Shown here one piece after another: positions 38,816 through 48,619 of a stretch of DNA of 64,000 bases. Positions within the stretch are counted from its first letter, which is position 1, and each line of letters opens with the position of its first letter. The position numbers were made by a program, and so were the translations under genes. Origin of the DNA: Bdellovibrio sp. (GTDB lineage: Bacteria; Bdellovibrionota; Bdellovibrionia; Bdellovibrionales; Bdellovibrionaceae); assembly GCA_036676395.1 (NCBI GenBank), contig JAKFCY010000002.1:2432001-2496000 (forward strand). Reading direction: 5' to 3'. A model generated the notes under the pieces. That model saw only the letters and a list, made by a program, of their open reading frames with translations. It was not told the origin of the DNA and did not search any database.

Positions 38816-39577
38816 TTAAAGAACGATGTCTAATTTCTTGGTCGTTAATTTTACTTCATCACGAGTAATATCAACAATCAGCGGAGAAATAATTAACCCT
38901 TCTTTGGCAGCTTTTTTTAAAAGCTTCACATATTCAGGGTCTAAATCGCAGGGCGAAAAAAAATCCACGTCATTACGTTGAACGGCAAAAATTAATTCGC
39001 ACTTATGCCCTTGTTGCATCAGGTGCATCATCTCTTGCACATGCTTTTGCCCACGTTCAGTGACCGCATCAGGAAATTGCGCGTGCTGTTTTTTTTCAAT
39101 TTTAGATCTAAAAGTTGTGTTTTTAATTTCGATAAAATGTTTTTTCGCTTTGGGATTATCTAAATCAATTTGTTTAAATAAAAATACTCCGTCTAAACGG
39201 GTTTCTTTTGAAATTTTATATTCTGGTTTATAAAAACTGTATTCAGACCACTCTTTTAAAAATGGCTGACCAGATTCGATGGCATTCTGAATAGCTTCAG
39301 TTACAACACGGTTTGGATTCGAAGTATTCACTCCGACCCATGCGCCTTCTTCAGTTTGCACGGCTTCAAGTGTGCCTTTTAATTTTTTTGTCGCATCACC
39401 GTGAAGCGAAAACCAACATTTCTGTGGTTGCGAAGGATTTTTTTCAATCACCGCTTTTAATGAACCCGTGTTCGGCACGTGGATGGTGAATTTTTCTCCG
39501 TCTAATTCTACATCTGCAAAAAATCTTTTGTAGCGCGAGTGTAAAATGCCTTCGTGTAATTTTTTTTCGAATTTCAT
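38816..39577 (-). CDS. sfsA: DNA/RNA nuclease SfsA
   Basis: RYKRFFADV, HVPNTGSL, IEIKN, FPDAVTERGQKH; ATG 39577 (MKFEKKL) is the more typical start. Confidence 0.92.
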   Translation of the reverse strand: MKFEKKLHEGILHSRYKRFFADVELDGEKFTIHVPNTGSLKAVIEKNPSQPQKCWFSLHGDATKKLKGTLEAVQTEEGAWVGVNTSNPNRVVTEAIQNAIESGQPFLKEWSEYSFYKPEYKISKETRLDGVFLFKQIDLDNPKAKKHFIEIKNTTFRSKIEKKQHAQFPDAVTERGQKHVQEMMHLMQQGHKCELIFAVQRNDVDFFSPCDLDPEYVKLLKKAAKEGLIISPLIVDITRDEVKLTTKKLDIVL

Positions 39578-39630
39578 GCGGTCAACTGTTCCATACGCTT
39601 GGAACAGTGTCAATTCAGCCTTGGAACAGC

Positions 39631-39646
39631 TGGCCGACCTTTTGCT
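39631..39646 (+). promoter_or_regulatory. sigma54 promoter
   Basis: TGGC-N7-TTGCT, a close consensus match. Confidence 0.7.
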
Positions 39647-39719
39647 CTAATGACCCACGTACAGAATAACGAAACAAATGACACCAGTTGATGGTGGCAT
39701 AAATATATAAGGGGAATTT

Positions 39720-40310
39720 ATGAAAACTTTACTTTTAGCAATCATGTTAGTAGCCGGCGTAGCACAAGCTCAGCACTTAGTTCCAGGCAATGGCAATGGT
39801 CATGGCCCAGGTTCTGGCAACGGTGGTCATCACGGCGGTAACGGCGGACATCACGTTCCAGGCAATGGCAATGGTCATGGCCCAGGTTCTGGTAACAATC
39901 CATACGAGCCGGGTTACCCAAGCAATCCTTATGAACCAGGTTACCCTTCTTACCCAGGATATTCTGATTACGGTCCGGCACGCACTTACCGTTGGTTAGA
40001 TATGGGAACAACTAAAGTAGAAAAATTTTCAAACGAAACTATTCATTTACGCGTTGGTCACCGTTTAGTGAATGAAGTTTTATTGCGCTCTTCACAAGCT
40101 GACACCCAAATCATTCGTGCCTACGCTCGCTTATCAAACGGCCGCACAACAAACATCACGACTGGTATCGTAAGAGAAGGCCAAGAAGTGCGTGTACGTT
40201 TAGACTACCAATATTCAGTACGTGTTGAATCAATTGAACTTGTAGCCACGTCGCAAAACCTTATCGGTTCACGCGCTCGTTTACAAATTTTCTTAGGATT
40301 AGCTGAGTAA
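39720..40310 (+). CDS. Secreted protein with Gly/His/Asn and Pro/Tyr repeats and a beta-sandwich domain
   Basis: AGGGGA RBS, signal peptide, VPGNGNGHGPGSGN x2, NPYEPGYPS x2. Confidence 0.8.
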   Translation: MKTLLLAIMLVAGVAQAQHLVPGNGNGHGPGSGNGGHHGGNGGHHVPGNGNGHGPGSGNNPYEPGYPSNPYEPGYPSYPGYSDYGPARTYRWLDMGTTKVEKFSNETIHLRVGHRLVNEVLLRSSQADTQIIRAYARLSNGRTTNITTGIVREGQEVRVRLDYQYSVRVESIELVATSQNLIGSRARLQIFLGLAE

Positions 40311-40339
40311 TTAGTTTTTAGAACCTAGAACACACCATT

Positions 40340-40372
40340 AAGCCCTGATCGAAAGATCGGGGCTTTTTTTTT
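40340..40372 (+). terminator. Intrinsic terminator
   Basis: AAGCCCTGATC-GAAA-GATCGGGGCTT followed by a T run. Confidence 0.85.
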
Positions 40373-42167
40373 ACATTCGCTCTGGAGTTGGAATACCTAA
40401 TAGCGCCAAGCCTTGCTTAAGCGCCACACCTGTCGAATAAGCCAAGGCCATACGTGCCTTCTTAAGATCAGGTGTTTCAGCAGTTCCAATCGGGCAATCA
40501 TGGTAGAACGAATTAAACTTCTTCGCCGTATCATAAAGATAAGAACACAAAGAAGCTGGCTTGTAGTTTTCAGCAGAGTTTAAAACCACAGTGTTAAAAT
40601 TCATCAAATGCTGCATTAATTTTAATTCACTCGCGTGAGATAAAACATCTCCGGCGAATTCTGCTTTTGCATCGAATGAGAATTTTTTAAGTAAAGAATT
40701 AATACGTGCTGAAGAGTATTGAATGAAAGGACCTGATTCACCATCAAGCTTGGTCCATTCGCTCATATCAAAGACGATTTTTTTATTCGTATCTTGCTTT
40801 AACATTCCGTATTTGATCGCACCTTTTGCCACCTGATCAGCTACAGTTGCCACTTCTTCAGCCGTCCACTCACTTGCGTAGCGGGCTAAGTATTCTGATT
40901 TAATGTGCGCTTTCATTGTATCGATCAATGTCGTCAACGGCACAATGTTGCCTTTACGAGAGCTCATCGCTCCGTCTGGAAGTTCAACGAAATTATATTG
41001 TAAATGGTAACAGTCTTTAGCTTGTTCAAAACCTAAAACTTCTAGTGCTTTAAAAACTTGTTTAAAATGTAAAGCTTGTCTTTGATCGACGATGTAAATT
41101 GATTTTTCAATCTTATGATCTTCAAATTTACGACGAGCCAATTCGATATCTTTAGTTGCATATAGACCTGTGCCGTCCGATTTTAATAATAAGCAAAAGC
41201 CCATGTTTTCTTCAGAAAAATCTAAACCGATCGCACCTTGCGATTCAACAAGTTTGCCTTCAGCTAGGTATTTTTTGATCGTTTTTACAGAGTCAGAATC
41301 AACGTCTGATTCAAAATACCACTGGTCAAATTTAATATCAGCCCAGTTGTAAATTTCTTTCATTAAATCGATCGACCACTCACGAGTTTGCTTCCATAAA
41401 TCGTAGTATTCGCCGTTTTTAGCTTCTAATTGTTTTAAAATTTCAGTCAGAATCTTTCTGTTTTCATCTTCTTGCGGAGTACCAACTTGGTCTTCTAATA
41501 AAAGATTTCCTTTAGAGTACATAGCCCCTAACCAAGTTCCTTTGTTCATCATCGGCGCTGATTCTTTATTGTGAAATTTCATGTACCAAAGACATTTCGC
41601 AACATGAGTTCCGACATCACCAGGAAAAGTTGACGCTAAAATATTGTAACCAGAGTAACGAAGCAATCTTACAATCGAGTCACCTAAACACATATTACGC
41701 ATGTGACCGACGTGTAATTCTTTGTGCGTGTTCGGTTGTGAATACTCGATCATCATTTTAGGCGTTGCTTCAGTTAACTGTGCAGAAAAAGTTTCGCCAG
41801 ATAACAGAGGTTTTAAGATGTAATCTGCTAAACCAGCAGCTGAAAATTTAATATTAATATACGGACCTGCCGCTTCAACAGACGAAATCGCTTTTTTCAG
41901 CACGATATTCTGTGCGACTTCATTTTTTAATTCTTGCGCCAAAAGTTGGGCGACAACTGGCGGACCTTTTTTTAAATTCTTAGCTGTAATGAAACAACCA
42001 AAAGCTAAATGTCCAAGATCAGTATTTGGGGCATCGACTAGAGCTTTATAGACATCACCAACACTCATTGCGTCTTTAGCAACGCCGCCAGCTTCAAGTT
42101 GAACTTGAATTAACGTGATTAGAGATTGAGAAACAAGTTTTCTTAAAGGTTCGTGCAATAATGTCAT
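40371..42167 (-). CDS. argS: Arginyl-tRNA synthetase
   Basis: EYSQPNTHKELHVGHMRN, KSDGTGLYATKD, MSSRKGN, GPFIQYSSARINS, LGIPTPERM. Confidence 0.97.
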   Translation of the reverse strand: MTLLHEPLRKLVSQSLITLIQVQLEAGGVAKDAMSVGDVYKALVDAPNTDLGHLAFGCFITAKNLKKGPPVVAQLLAQELKNEVAQNIVLKKAISSVEAAGPYINIKFSAAGLADYILKPLLSGETFSAQLTEATPKMMIEYSQPNTHKELHVGHMRNMCLGDSIVRLLRYSGYNILASTFPGDVGTHVAKCLWYMKFHNKESAPMMNKGTWLGAMYSKGNLLLEDQVGTPQEDENRKILTEILKQLEAKNGEYYDLWKQTREWSIDLMKEIYNWADIKFDQWYFESDVDSDSVKTIKKYLAEGKLVESQGAIGLDFSEENMGFCLLLKSDGTGLYATKDIELARRKFEDHKIEKSIYIVDQRQALHFKQVFKALEVLGFEQAKDCYHLQYNFVELPDGAMSSRKGNIVPLTTLIDTMKAHIKSEYLARYASEWTAEEVATVADQVAKGAIKYGMLKQDTNKKIVFDMSEWTKLDGESGPFIQYSSARINSLLKKFSFDAKAEFAGDVLSHASELKLMQHLMNFNTVVLNSAENYKPASLCSYLYDTAKKFNSFYHDCPIGTAETPDLKKARMALAYSTGVALKQGLALLGIPTPERM

Positions 42168-42341
42168 AGCCTATATTGCTAACAAATCGTGGCAGTTTAG
42201 TCTACCTAGGAGCAGCACAACGGCCTGTAATTTTAGCTTGCCTTGGCATACCCCCGTTTTGCCAGTTAAAATGTTTGCCATGACCCCTCTTTGAAGTTAG
42301 AAATAAAGCTCTAATTTTGAGTGATAAATTTGCACTAAAAG

Positions 42342-43361
42342 GTGGCAGTTATGTTGAATGACATTCCTAGTGATAACTCGAGCGAAAATTCAGGTCCAAC
42401 ACCCACTCCTGTGGTTCGTAAACCTGACTGGTTAAAAGTGAAAGCTCCAGCCGGAGAAAATTACGTACGCATTAAAGAAATGTTAAGCGAATTAAAACTC
42501 GCAACTGTTTGCCAAGAAGCCCGTTGTCCGAATATGGGCGAATGTTGGTCTGGCGGAACAGCAACCATCATGATCATGGGTGACACTTGTACCCGTGGTT
42601 GCCGTTTCTGTAATGTGAAAACCGGAAATGCTAAAATCGGTTTACCACCGGTTGATCCTTTCGAACCAGAAAAAGTAGCGTACTCAGTTTCTCAGATGAA
42701 ACTTAAATACGTTGTTGTTACTTCGGTTGACCGTGATGATATGCCTGATCAAGGTTCTGATCATTTCGCAAGAACTGTTAAGGCAATGAAAAAATTAGAT
42801 CCAGATTTAATCGTTGAAATTTTAACTCCGGACTTTCGCGGCGAAGAAAATTTAATTCTTCACTTAGCCGCAAGCTACCCAGACGTATTTGCTCACAATA
42901 TTGAAACTGTTGAGCGCTTAACGCCGAAAGTTCGTGATCCGCGCGCTAAATACCGCCAATCAATGGATGTTTTAAAATTAGTTAAAAAATTCGATTCAAA
43001 AATTTACACGAAGTCTTCAATCATGTTGGGCTTAGGTGAAAAAGACGAAGAAATTCTACAAACTTTAAAAGACTTACGCGAAGTGGGCTGTGACGTTGTG
43101 ACTTTTGGTCAGTACTTACAACCGACGCCAAAACATTTAAAAGTTGTTGAATTCATTACTCCGGATAAATTTAAACACTGGCAAGAAACAGCTGAAAGCT
43201 TAGGATTTTTATACGTAGCTTCTGGTCCGTTAGTGCGCAGTTCTTACCGTGCCGGTGAATTCTTCATCGAAGGCATGATTAAACAAAATAGAGAATTAAA
43301 TAAAATTGAAAGAATTGGCGGACAAGTTCTTGCCGAAGACACAGCGAAAGGAAGCAACTAG
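42342..43361 (+). CDS. lipA: Lipoyl synthase
   Basis: [29 protein letters not shown]. Confidence 0.97.
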   Translation: MAVMLNDIPSDNSSENSGPTPTPVVRKPDWLKVKAPAGENYVRIKEMLSELKLATVCQEARCPNMGECWSGGTATIMIMGDTCTRGCRFCNVKTGNAKIGLPPVDPFEPEKVAYSVSQMKLKYVVVTSVDRDDMPDQGSDHFARTVKAMKKLDPDLIVEILTPDFRGEENLILHLAASYPDVFAHNIETVERLTPKVRDPRAKYRQSMDVLKLVKKFDSKIYTKSSIMLGLGEKDEEILQTLKDLREVGCDVVTFGQYLQPTPKHLKVVEFITPDKFKHWQETAESLGFLYVASGPLVRSSYRAGEFFIEGMIKQNRELNKIERIGGQVLAEDTAKGSN

Positions 43362-43362
43362 C

Positions 43363-45003
43363 ATGGCTGATGTAAAATTACCTGAATTAGGTGAAGGCGT
43401 AACCGAGGGCGAATTAGTTAAATGGTTAGTAAAACCAGGAGACTCTGTTAAGGCCGATCAAACAGTTTGTGAAATGATGACTGACAAAGCCACTGTTGAA
43501 GTTCCAACTCCAATTGCTGGTGTTGTAAAAGAATTATTATTCAAACCAGGCCAAGTTGTTAAAGTTGAATCTGTACTTTTAAAACTTGAAGGCGGAGCAA
43601 CCGCTACGGCTTCAGCTTCTGTTCCAGCAGCAGCTCACAAACCTGCTCCACAAGCAGCTGCTCCGGCACCTGCAGCAACTGGCGGCGGATCAACTGATGT
43701 AAAACTTCCTGAATTAGGTGAAGGCGTTACTGAAGGCGAATTAGTTAAATGGACTGTAAACATTGGTGATGCTGTTAAGGCTGATCAAACTGTTGCAGAG
43801 ATCATGACTGATAAAGCCACTGTTGAAGTTCCAACTCCGGTAGCAGGTGTTGTAAAAGAATTTAAATTTAAAAAAGGTGATGTGATCAAAGTTGAATCTG
43901 TGATTCTAACTTTATCAGGTGCAGCCAGCGCAACGGCTTCAGCTCCGCAAGCTCACTCTAACGGCGCTCACGCTCCGAAAGCTGCAGGTCCAGTACCAAG
44001 CGCACCGCAAGCAGCCGCTCCACAAATGTCAGCTTCAGCAGCTGGTGGTATTTACCCTCCTGTGGCTGAATCACGTGTATTAGCAACTCCAGCAACTCGT
44101 CGTTTAGCGCGCGAGATGGGTGTTGATATCAATGGAATGACTGGTTCTGGTTTAGCCGGCCGTGTAACTCGTGAAGACGTATTAAGCTCTAAAGGTGGAA
44201 AAGCTACAGCTGCGACATCGACTGGTGCTGGTGCAACTTCTGCAGGTGCTCCTTCAATGAACTTCCCGAAACCAGAATACAAATCGATAAATGCTCAACT
44301 AGAAGAGCGTGTTGATCTTTTAGGAATTCGTAAAAAAATCGCGCAAAACATGCAAATGTCTAAAGCGATTATTCCACATTTCACATTGATGGATGAAGCT
44401 GATGTAACTCAGTTAGTTGCATTACGTGAATCGTTAAAAGATTACGCCGAGAAAAATGGAACTAAAATCACTTACTTACCGTTCGCAATGAAGGCCATGA
44501 TTGCAACAATCAAAGAGTTTCCACAGTTCAATGCTTCAATTGACGATGCCAATTCACAGATCGTTTACAAAAAATATTTCAATATCGGTTTTGCCGCTGA
44601 CACACCAAATGGCTTAATGGTTCCAGTGATTAAAAACGCTGACCAAAAATCTATTTTAGAAATTTCAAAAGAAATTATCGATCTCTCTCGTCGTGCCCGT
44701 GACGGAAAATTAAAACCAGACGAAATGAAAGGTGCAACGATCACGATTACAAATATCGGATCTGTTGGTGGAACATACGCAACACCAATCATCAATCACC
44801 CTGAAGTTGCCATTCTTGGTATGTATAAATTGTCTGATAAACCAATTCTTAAAAAAGATGGTTCAATCGGCTTTATCAAAGCTATGAACTACACAATCAC
44901 TGCAGATCACCGTTTAATCGATGGCGCAGTGGCTGCGAACTTCTTAAAATCATTCTTCCAGAAAATTCAAAACCCTGGCGTATTGATGATGGGAATGTCG
45001 TAA
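43363..45003 (+). CDS. 2-oxoacid dehydrogenase E2 (dihydrolipoamide acyltransferase) with two lipoyl domains
   Basis: Two MTDKATVEVP lipoyl motifs, ATPATRRLARE E3-binding domain, DHRLIDG; ATG 43363 directly after the lipA stop. Confidence 0.95.
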   Translation: MADVKLPELGEGVTEGELVKWLVKPGDSVKADQTVCEMMTDKATVEVPTPIAGVVKELLFKPGQVVKVESVLLKLEGGATATASASVPAAAHKPAPQAAAPAPAATGGGSTDVKLPELGEGVTEGELVKWTVNIGDAVKADQTVAEIMTDKATVEVPTPVAGVVKEFKFKKGDVIKVESVILTLSGAASATASAPQAHSNGAHAPKAAGPVPSAPQAAAPQMSASAAGGIYPPVAESRVLATPATRRLAREMGVDINGMTGSGLAGRVTREDVLSSKGGKATAATSTGAGATSAGAPSMNFPKPEYKSINAQLEERVDLLGIRKKIAQNMQMSKAIIPHFTLMDEADVTQLVALRESLKDYAEKNGTKITYLPFAMKAMIATIKEFPQFNASIDDANSQIVYKKYFNIGFAADTPNGLMVPVIKNADQKSILEISKEIIDLSRRARDGKLKPDEMKGATITITNIGSVGGTYATPIINHPEVAILGMYKLSDKPILKKDGSIGFIKAMNYTITADHRLIDGAVAANFLKSFFQKIQNPGVLMMGMS

Positions 45004-45332
45004 TGAAAAAAATCTTTTTGTTTTCAATGCTTGCGATGGCCGTTCATTTTACAGGTTGCAGTTCTGCACCTAAACTTGTTCCATCAACTGATTGGGAACA
45101 AAAAAGTGTCAGCGAATCTAAAGCCACTGAATCTGCTGTTCCATCTACGCCTTTGAATCCAGAAAAAAATGAAAATTTATTCTGCAGTTACAATGGCGGT
45201 TTAGAATTCGGGCGTCACGGTGGAATTTACACAGGCAACTGCCCTAAAACTTTAGAGCGCACATTTAAAAAAGGTTATCTCAAAGGAAAAGCTGAGTACG
45301 ACAAGCAGCAAGCTGAAAAAGGAAATAAATAA
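45003..45332 (+). CDS. Small lipoprotein, DUF2799-like
   Basis: Lipobox FTGC; FCSYNGGLEFGRHG.IYTGNCP....FKKGYLKG. Confidence 0.6.
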   Translation: MKKIFLFSMLAMAVHFTGCSSAPKLVPSTDWEQKSVSESKATESAVPSTPLNPEKNENLFCSYNGGLEFGRHGGIYTGNCPKTLERTFKKGYLKGKAEYDKQQAEKGNK

Positions 45333-45335
45333 TTT

Positions 45336-46778
45336 ATGCAAAATTTTGACGTAGTAGTTATTGGTTCTGGTCCTGGTGGTTATGTAGCGGCTATTCGCTC
45401 TTCGCAGTTAGGTTTCAAAACAGCGATCATCGAGCGCGAAGCTCTAGGCGGTGTATGCTTAAACGTGGGTTGCATCCCTTCAAAAGCGATGATCACAGCG
45501 ACGCACATGTTACACCGTGCCCAGCATGATTTCAAAACTATGGGTTTAAATATCAAAGGCGGAATCGACGTTGATATGAAAACTTTAGTTAAATGGAAAC
45601 AATCTGTTTGCGATAAAATGTCAGGTGGTGTGAACCAACTTTTAAAAGGTAACACGGTTACTATTATTAAAGGTGAAGCGACTTTTAAAACGACTAAAGA
45701 ATTAACTGTTAAATCTTCATCTGGAATAGATTCAATCACAGCCAAACATTTCATTATTGCGACTGGCTCTCGCCCGATTGAAATTCCAGGCTTCCCGTTC
45801 GATGAAAAAGACATTTGTTCATCAACAGGCGCATTAAACTTCGACGAAATCCCTAAACGTGTTGTTGCCATCGGTGGTGGTTACATCGGTTTAGAAATCA
45901 CTTCTTACTTACGTAAATTAGGTTCTGAAGTTATCGTTGTTGAAGCTCAAACTTCATTATTAGCTGGCGTTGTTGATCCTGAGTGCGCAGCTGTTGTAAC
46001 TCGTAAAGCTGAAAAAGCCGGTATCCAATTTAAATTTGGCGCCAAAGCTAAAGGCCAAAAGAAAACCAAAGACGGTTACGAAGTCACTGTTGAAATCAAC
46101 GGTAAAGACGAAGTGATCAAATGTGATAAAATTTTAGTGACTGTTGGTCGTCGTCCAAACGGAGATCAAGCTAACATTAAGGGTGCAGGCATTGCAGTTG
46201 ATGAACGCGGCTTTATCAAAGTGGATGCCCAGCGCAGAACGAACATTGCGCACATTTTTGCAATCGGTGATATCTGTGGCCAACCAATGTTAGCACACAA
46301 AGCTTCGCACGAAGGCGTAATGGTTCCAGAAATTATCTCTGGCATTAACCGTGTGTACGACGCAAAAACAGTTCCTGCGGTGGTTTTCACAGACCCCGAA
46401 ATCGCATCTGCCGGCATGACTGAAGCTGAGTGCAAAGCCAAAGGTTTTAATGATTTATTAATCTCGAAATTTCCGTTCGCAGCCAACGGCCGTGCCGTAA
46501 GCATGATGGAAACTGATGGTTTCGTAAAAATGATCGCTGACAAGAAAACTCACGTTTTATTAGGCGTTCATATCGTCGGCCCAGAAGCTTCGAATTTAAT
46601 TTCAGAAGCGGCCTTAGCGATCGAAATGGGAGCGCGCATTGAAGATGTTGCTTTAACAATCCATCCTCACCCAACTTTAGGTGAAACAATGATGGAAGCT
46701 GCAGAAGCAACTCTTGGACATGCCATTCATATTATTCAAAAACCTTTAGGTGGCGCGAGCAAAAACGCTCACGCCTAA
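45336..46778 (+). CDS. lpdA: Dihydrolipoamide dehydrogenase
   Basis: GSGPGGY, GGVCLNVGCIPSK, HPHPTLGE. Confidence 0.97.
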   Translation: MQNFDVVVIGSGPGGYVAAIRSSQLGFKTAIIEREALGGVCLNVGCIPSKAMITATHMLHRAQHDFKTMGLNIKGGIDVDMKTLVKWKQSVCDKMSGGVNQLLKGNTVTIIKGEATFKTTKELTVKSSSGIDSITAKHFIIATGSRPIEIPGFPFDEKDICSSTGALNFDEIPKRVVAIGGGYIGLEITSYLRKLGSEVIVVEAQTSLLAGVVDPECAAVVTRKAEKAGIQFKFGAKAKGQKKTKDGYEVTVEINGKDEVIKCDKILVTVGRRPNGDQANIKGAGIAVDERGFIKVDAQRRTNIAHIFAIGDICGQPMLAHKASHEGVMVPEIISGINRVYDAKTVPAVVFTDPEIASAGMTEAECKAKGFNDLLISKFPFAANGRAVSMMETDGFVKMIADKKTHVLLGVHIVGPEASNLISEAALAIEMGARIEDVALTIHPHPTLGETMMEAAEATLGHAIHIIQKPLGGASKNAHA

Positions 46779-46803
46779 GCGCCAGCGCGCAGGATTTAAT
46801 CCT

Positions 46804-47490
46804 ATGATGTTTGAAGACTGGGGCCTCATCTCTTATGAAGAGGCCATGAATAAACAGCTAGAATACGTTGAAAAACTTGATCAGCTATTATCACAGGGCG
46901 AATCGCACCCAGGCTATCTCATCTTTTGTTCTCACCCCGCAGTTGTTACGACCGGAAGACAAACTCAGCCCTCAGACATCTTTTCTTGGCAAGGCCCAGT
47001 TATCGAAGTTTCACGGGGCGGCAGAGCCACATACCATGGCCCTTCACAAATCGTAGTCTACCCGATTATCAGTTTAAAAAATTCTCGTGGCAAAAAAGCA
47101 GAATCTGATGAACCACGTGGTGTGCAAGATGTGCGCGGTTATTTACGCACATTTGAAAGTGCTATCGTTAAAACCTTAAAAGCATTCGGCATCACTGCTG
47201 AAGGTAAAACCCCACAAAAAATGCCCGGCCAACAAGTTGAAACCGATGAAACCGGCGTCTGGATGGGAAACCAAAAGATCGCTTCACTTGGCATCGCGGT
47301 AAAAAAATGGATCACCTATCACGGCGCTGCGATTAATTTCTTTAATGACCCTACAGCGTTCACAGGCATTAATCCTTGCGGCTTCAAAACTGAAACAATG
47401 ATTTCGGTTGAGAAAGTATTAGGCCAAGGCAAGCTCACCGCAGAACAATTCAAAAATACTCTTAGAAAAAATTTAGAATTATCTCTTTAA
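46804..47490 (+). CDS. lipB: Octanoyltransferase
   Basis: HPAVVTTG, RGGRATYHGP, KIASLGI, ITYHG, INPCG; start placed at ATG 46804 after AGGA. Confidence 0.93.
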   Translation: MMFEDWGLISYEEAMNKQLEYVEKLDQLLSQGESHPGYLIFCSHPAVVTTGRQTQPSDIFSWQGPVIEVSRGGRATYHGPSQIVVYPIISLKNSRGKKAESDEPRGVQDVRGYLRTFESAIVKTLKAFGITAEGKTPQKMPGQQVETDETGVWMGNQKIASLGIAVKKWITYHGAAINFFNDPTAFTGINPCGFKTETMISVEKVLGQGKLTAEQFKNTLRKNLELSL

Positions 47491-47520
47491 ATATTTTGCT
47501 TATAAAACGGCGCTCTGTAG

Positions 47521-47543
47521 TTCAGTCAGCAATGTTGACTGAA
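47521..47543 (+). terminator. Hairpin between convergent genes
   Basis: TTCAGTCAGC-AAT-GTTGACTGAA; no clear T tail. Confidence 0.45.
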
Positions 47544-47573
47544 ACCCTGAGTGATGAAATTGCGTCACGAATT

Positions 47574-48044
47574 TTAGAAACAGCTTTTTTGTAGCCAGAA
47601 AGCGAATTTCAGCAATTGAAAATCGAAGATTTCTTTTTTTGCGGCGAATTTAATGTGGCGTTGATCAGAATCTGGCAAATTGCAGAATTTATTTTCTGTG
47701 TAACAGTGCTTATGCGTTTCGACAGCAAACTTTTTTATTTTACTGCATTTTGGCAGTTCACCGGCACGCGTATATTCACGTTCTAATTCGTCTTGCAGAC
47801 ACACTCTGATTTTATTTAAAAATTCTTTGCCACGCTCTGTGTATTTGTATTCTTCGACTTGGTATTTATGGCAGTAATGCGAACCGAACTGAATGTAATA
47901 CCCGTCGGTGCCGCAGTTTTCTTGCTTTTCTAGGCATTGATAATATTCACAGGTTCCCACAGCCATGGCGCAGTTGCTGGCGTGCAAACTGAGCACACCA
48001 AATATTCCAATGATAAAAATGACTAATCCCCGACCCATAGACAA
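47574..48044 (-). CDS. Secreted Cys-rich helical protein, stanniocalcin-like pattern
   Basis: Signal peptide; CEYYQCLE..CG.DGY..FG..YC...G.EF...R.CLQ..C...A.ETH..CY...FC. Confidence 0.6.
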   Translation of the reverse strand: MSMGRGLVIFIIGIFGVLSLHASNCAMAVGTCEYYQCLEKQENCGTDGYYIQFGSHYCHKYQVEEYKYTERGKEFLNKIRVCLQDELEREYTRAGELPKCSKIKKFAVETHKHCYTENKFCNLPDSDQRHIKFAAKKEIFDFQLLKFAFWLQKSCF

Positions 48045-48141
48045 GCTTGTACCCGAGAGAACATAGTGAATGCAATAACGATCCCTTCACCGAGTGAATA
48101 CTGCAAGATCGTCTAATGTTTTTACATGTATTTTACCGGGA

Positions 48142-48612
48142 TTATTCAGCGCTAGTAGAAGCTTCGCCCTGAACGTTGCTGGCCATTACGATCGTTGCTT
48201 CGCCCTTAGCGACGACATCGCCATTAGCTTTTTTTGCAATCGTTTCAATAACGCCTAAACCACGGGTGCGGTGAAGTTTCGTGATTGTTAGTTCAAAAGT
48301 GATTTCATCGTCGATGAAAACCGGGTTGTAAAACTTTAACGTTTGGCCACGATAGATACCGCCTGTGCCAATCGCTGTGTTTAAACATCTAGAAATAATC
48401 GCGCCCAAGATCATCCCGTGCGCGATACGTTGTTTGAAAATTGTGTTTTTAGCGTACTCATCATCAAGATGGATCGGATTAAAGTCTCCAGACACTTCGG
48501 CAAATTGGCGAACCATTTTGTCGGTAATCACTTGTTTGACGACGGCTTTGTAGCCGACGTCTTTCGCGTTTTGTCTTGCTTTTTCTTCTTCTAAAAATTT
48601 TGATGATGACAT
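48142..48612 (-). CDS. MaoC-family (R)-enoyl-CoA hydratase
   Basis: FAEVSGDFNPIHLD, RIAHGM, QTLKFYNPVFIDD. Confidence 0.92.
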   Translation of the reverse strand: MSSSKFLEEEKARQNAKDVGYKAVVKQVITDKMVRQFAEVSGDFNPIHLDDEYAKNTIFKQRIAHGMILGAIISRCLNTAIGTGGIYRGQTLKFYNPVFIDDEITFELTITKLHRTRGLGVIETIAKKANGDVVAKGEATIVMASNVQGEASTSAE

Positions 48613-48619
48613 CTTATTG

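Noticed and set aside
42240..42290. Riboswitch or sigma54 site in the argS-lipA gap (TGGCA/TGCCA repeats)
   Set aside because: GG/GC spacing does not fit sigma54 and no recognisable aptamer structure is present.
43363..43920. DNA repeat within the E2 gene
   Set aside because: Ordinary tandem lipoyl domains.
46804..47490. C-rich codon usage in lipB as another mutational halo
   Set aside because: Many T-ending codons persist, the bias is mild and spread through the gene, and no REP-like repeat is adjacent.
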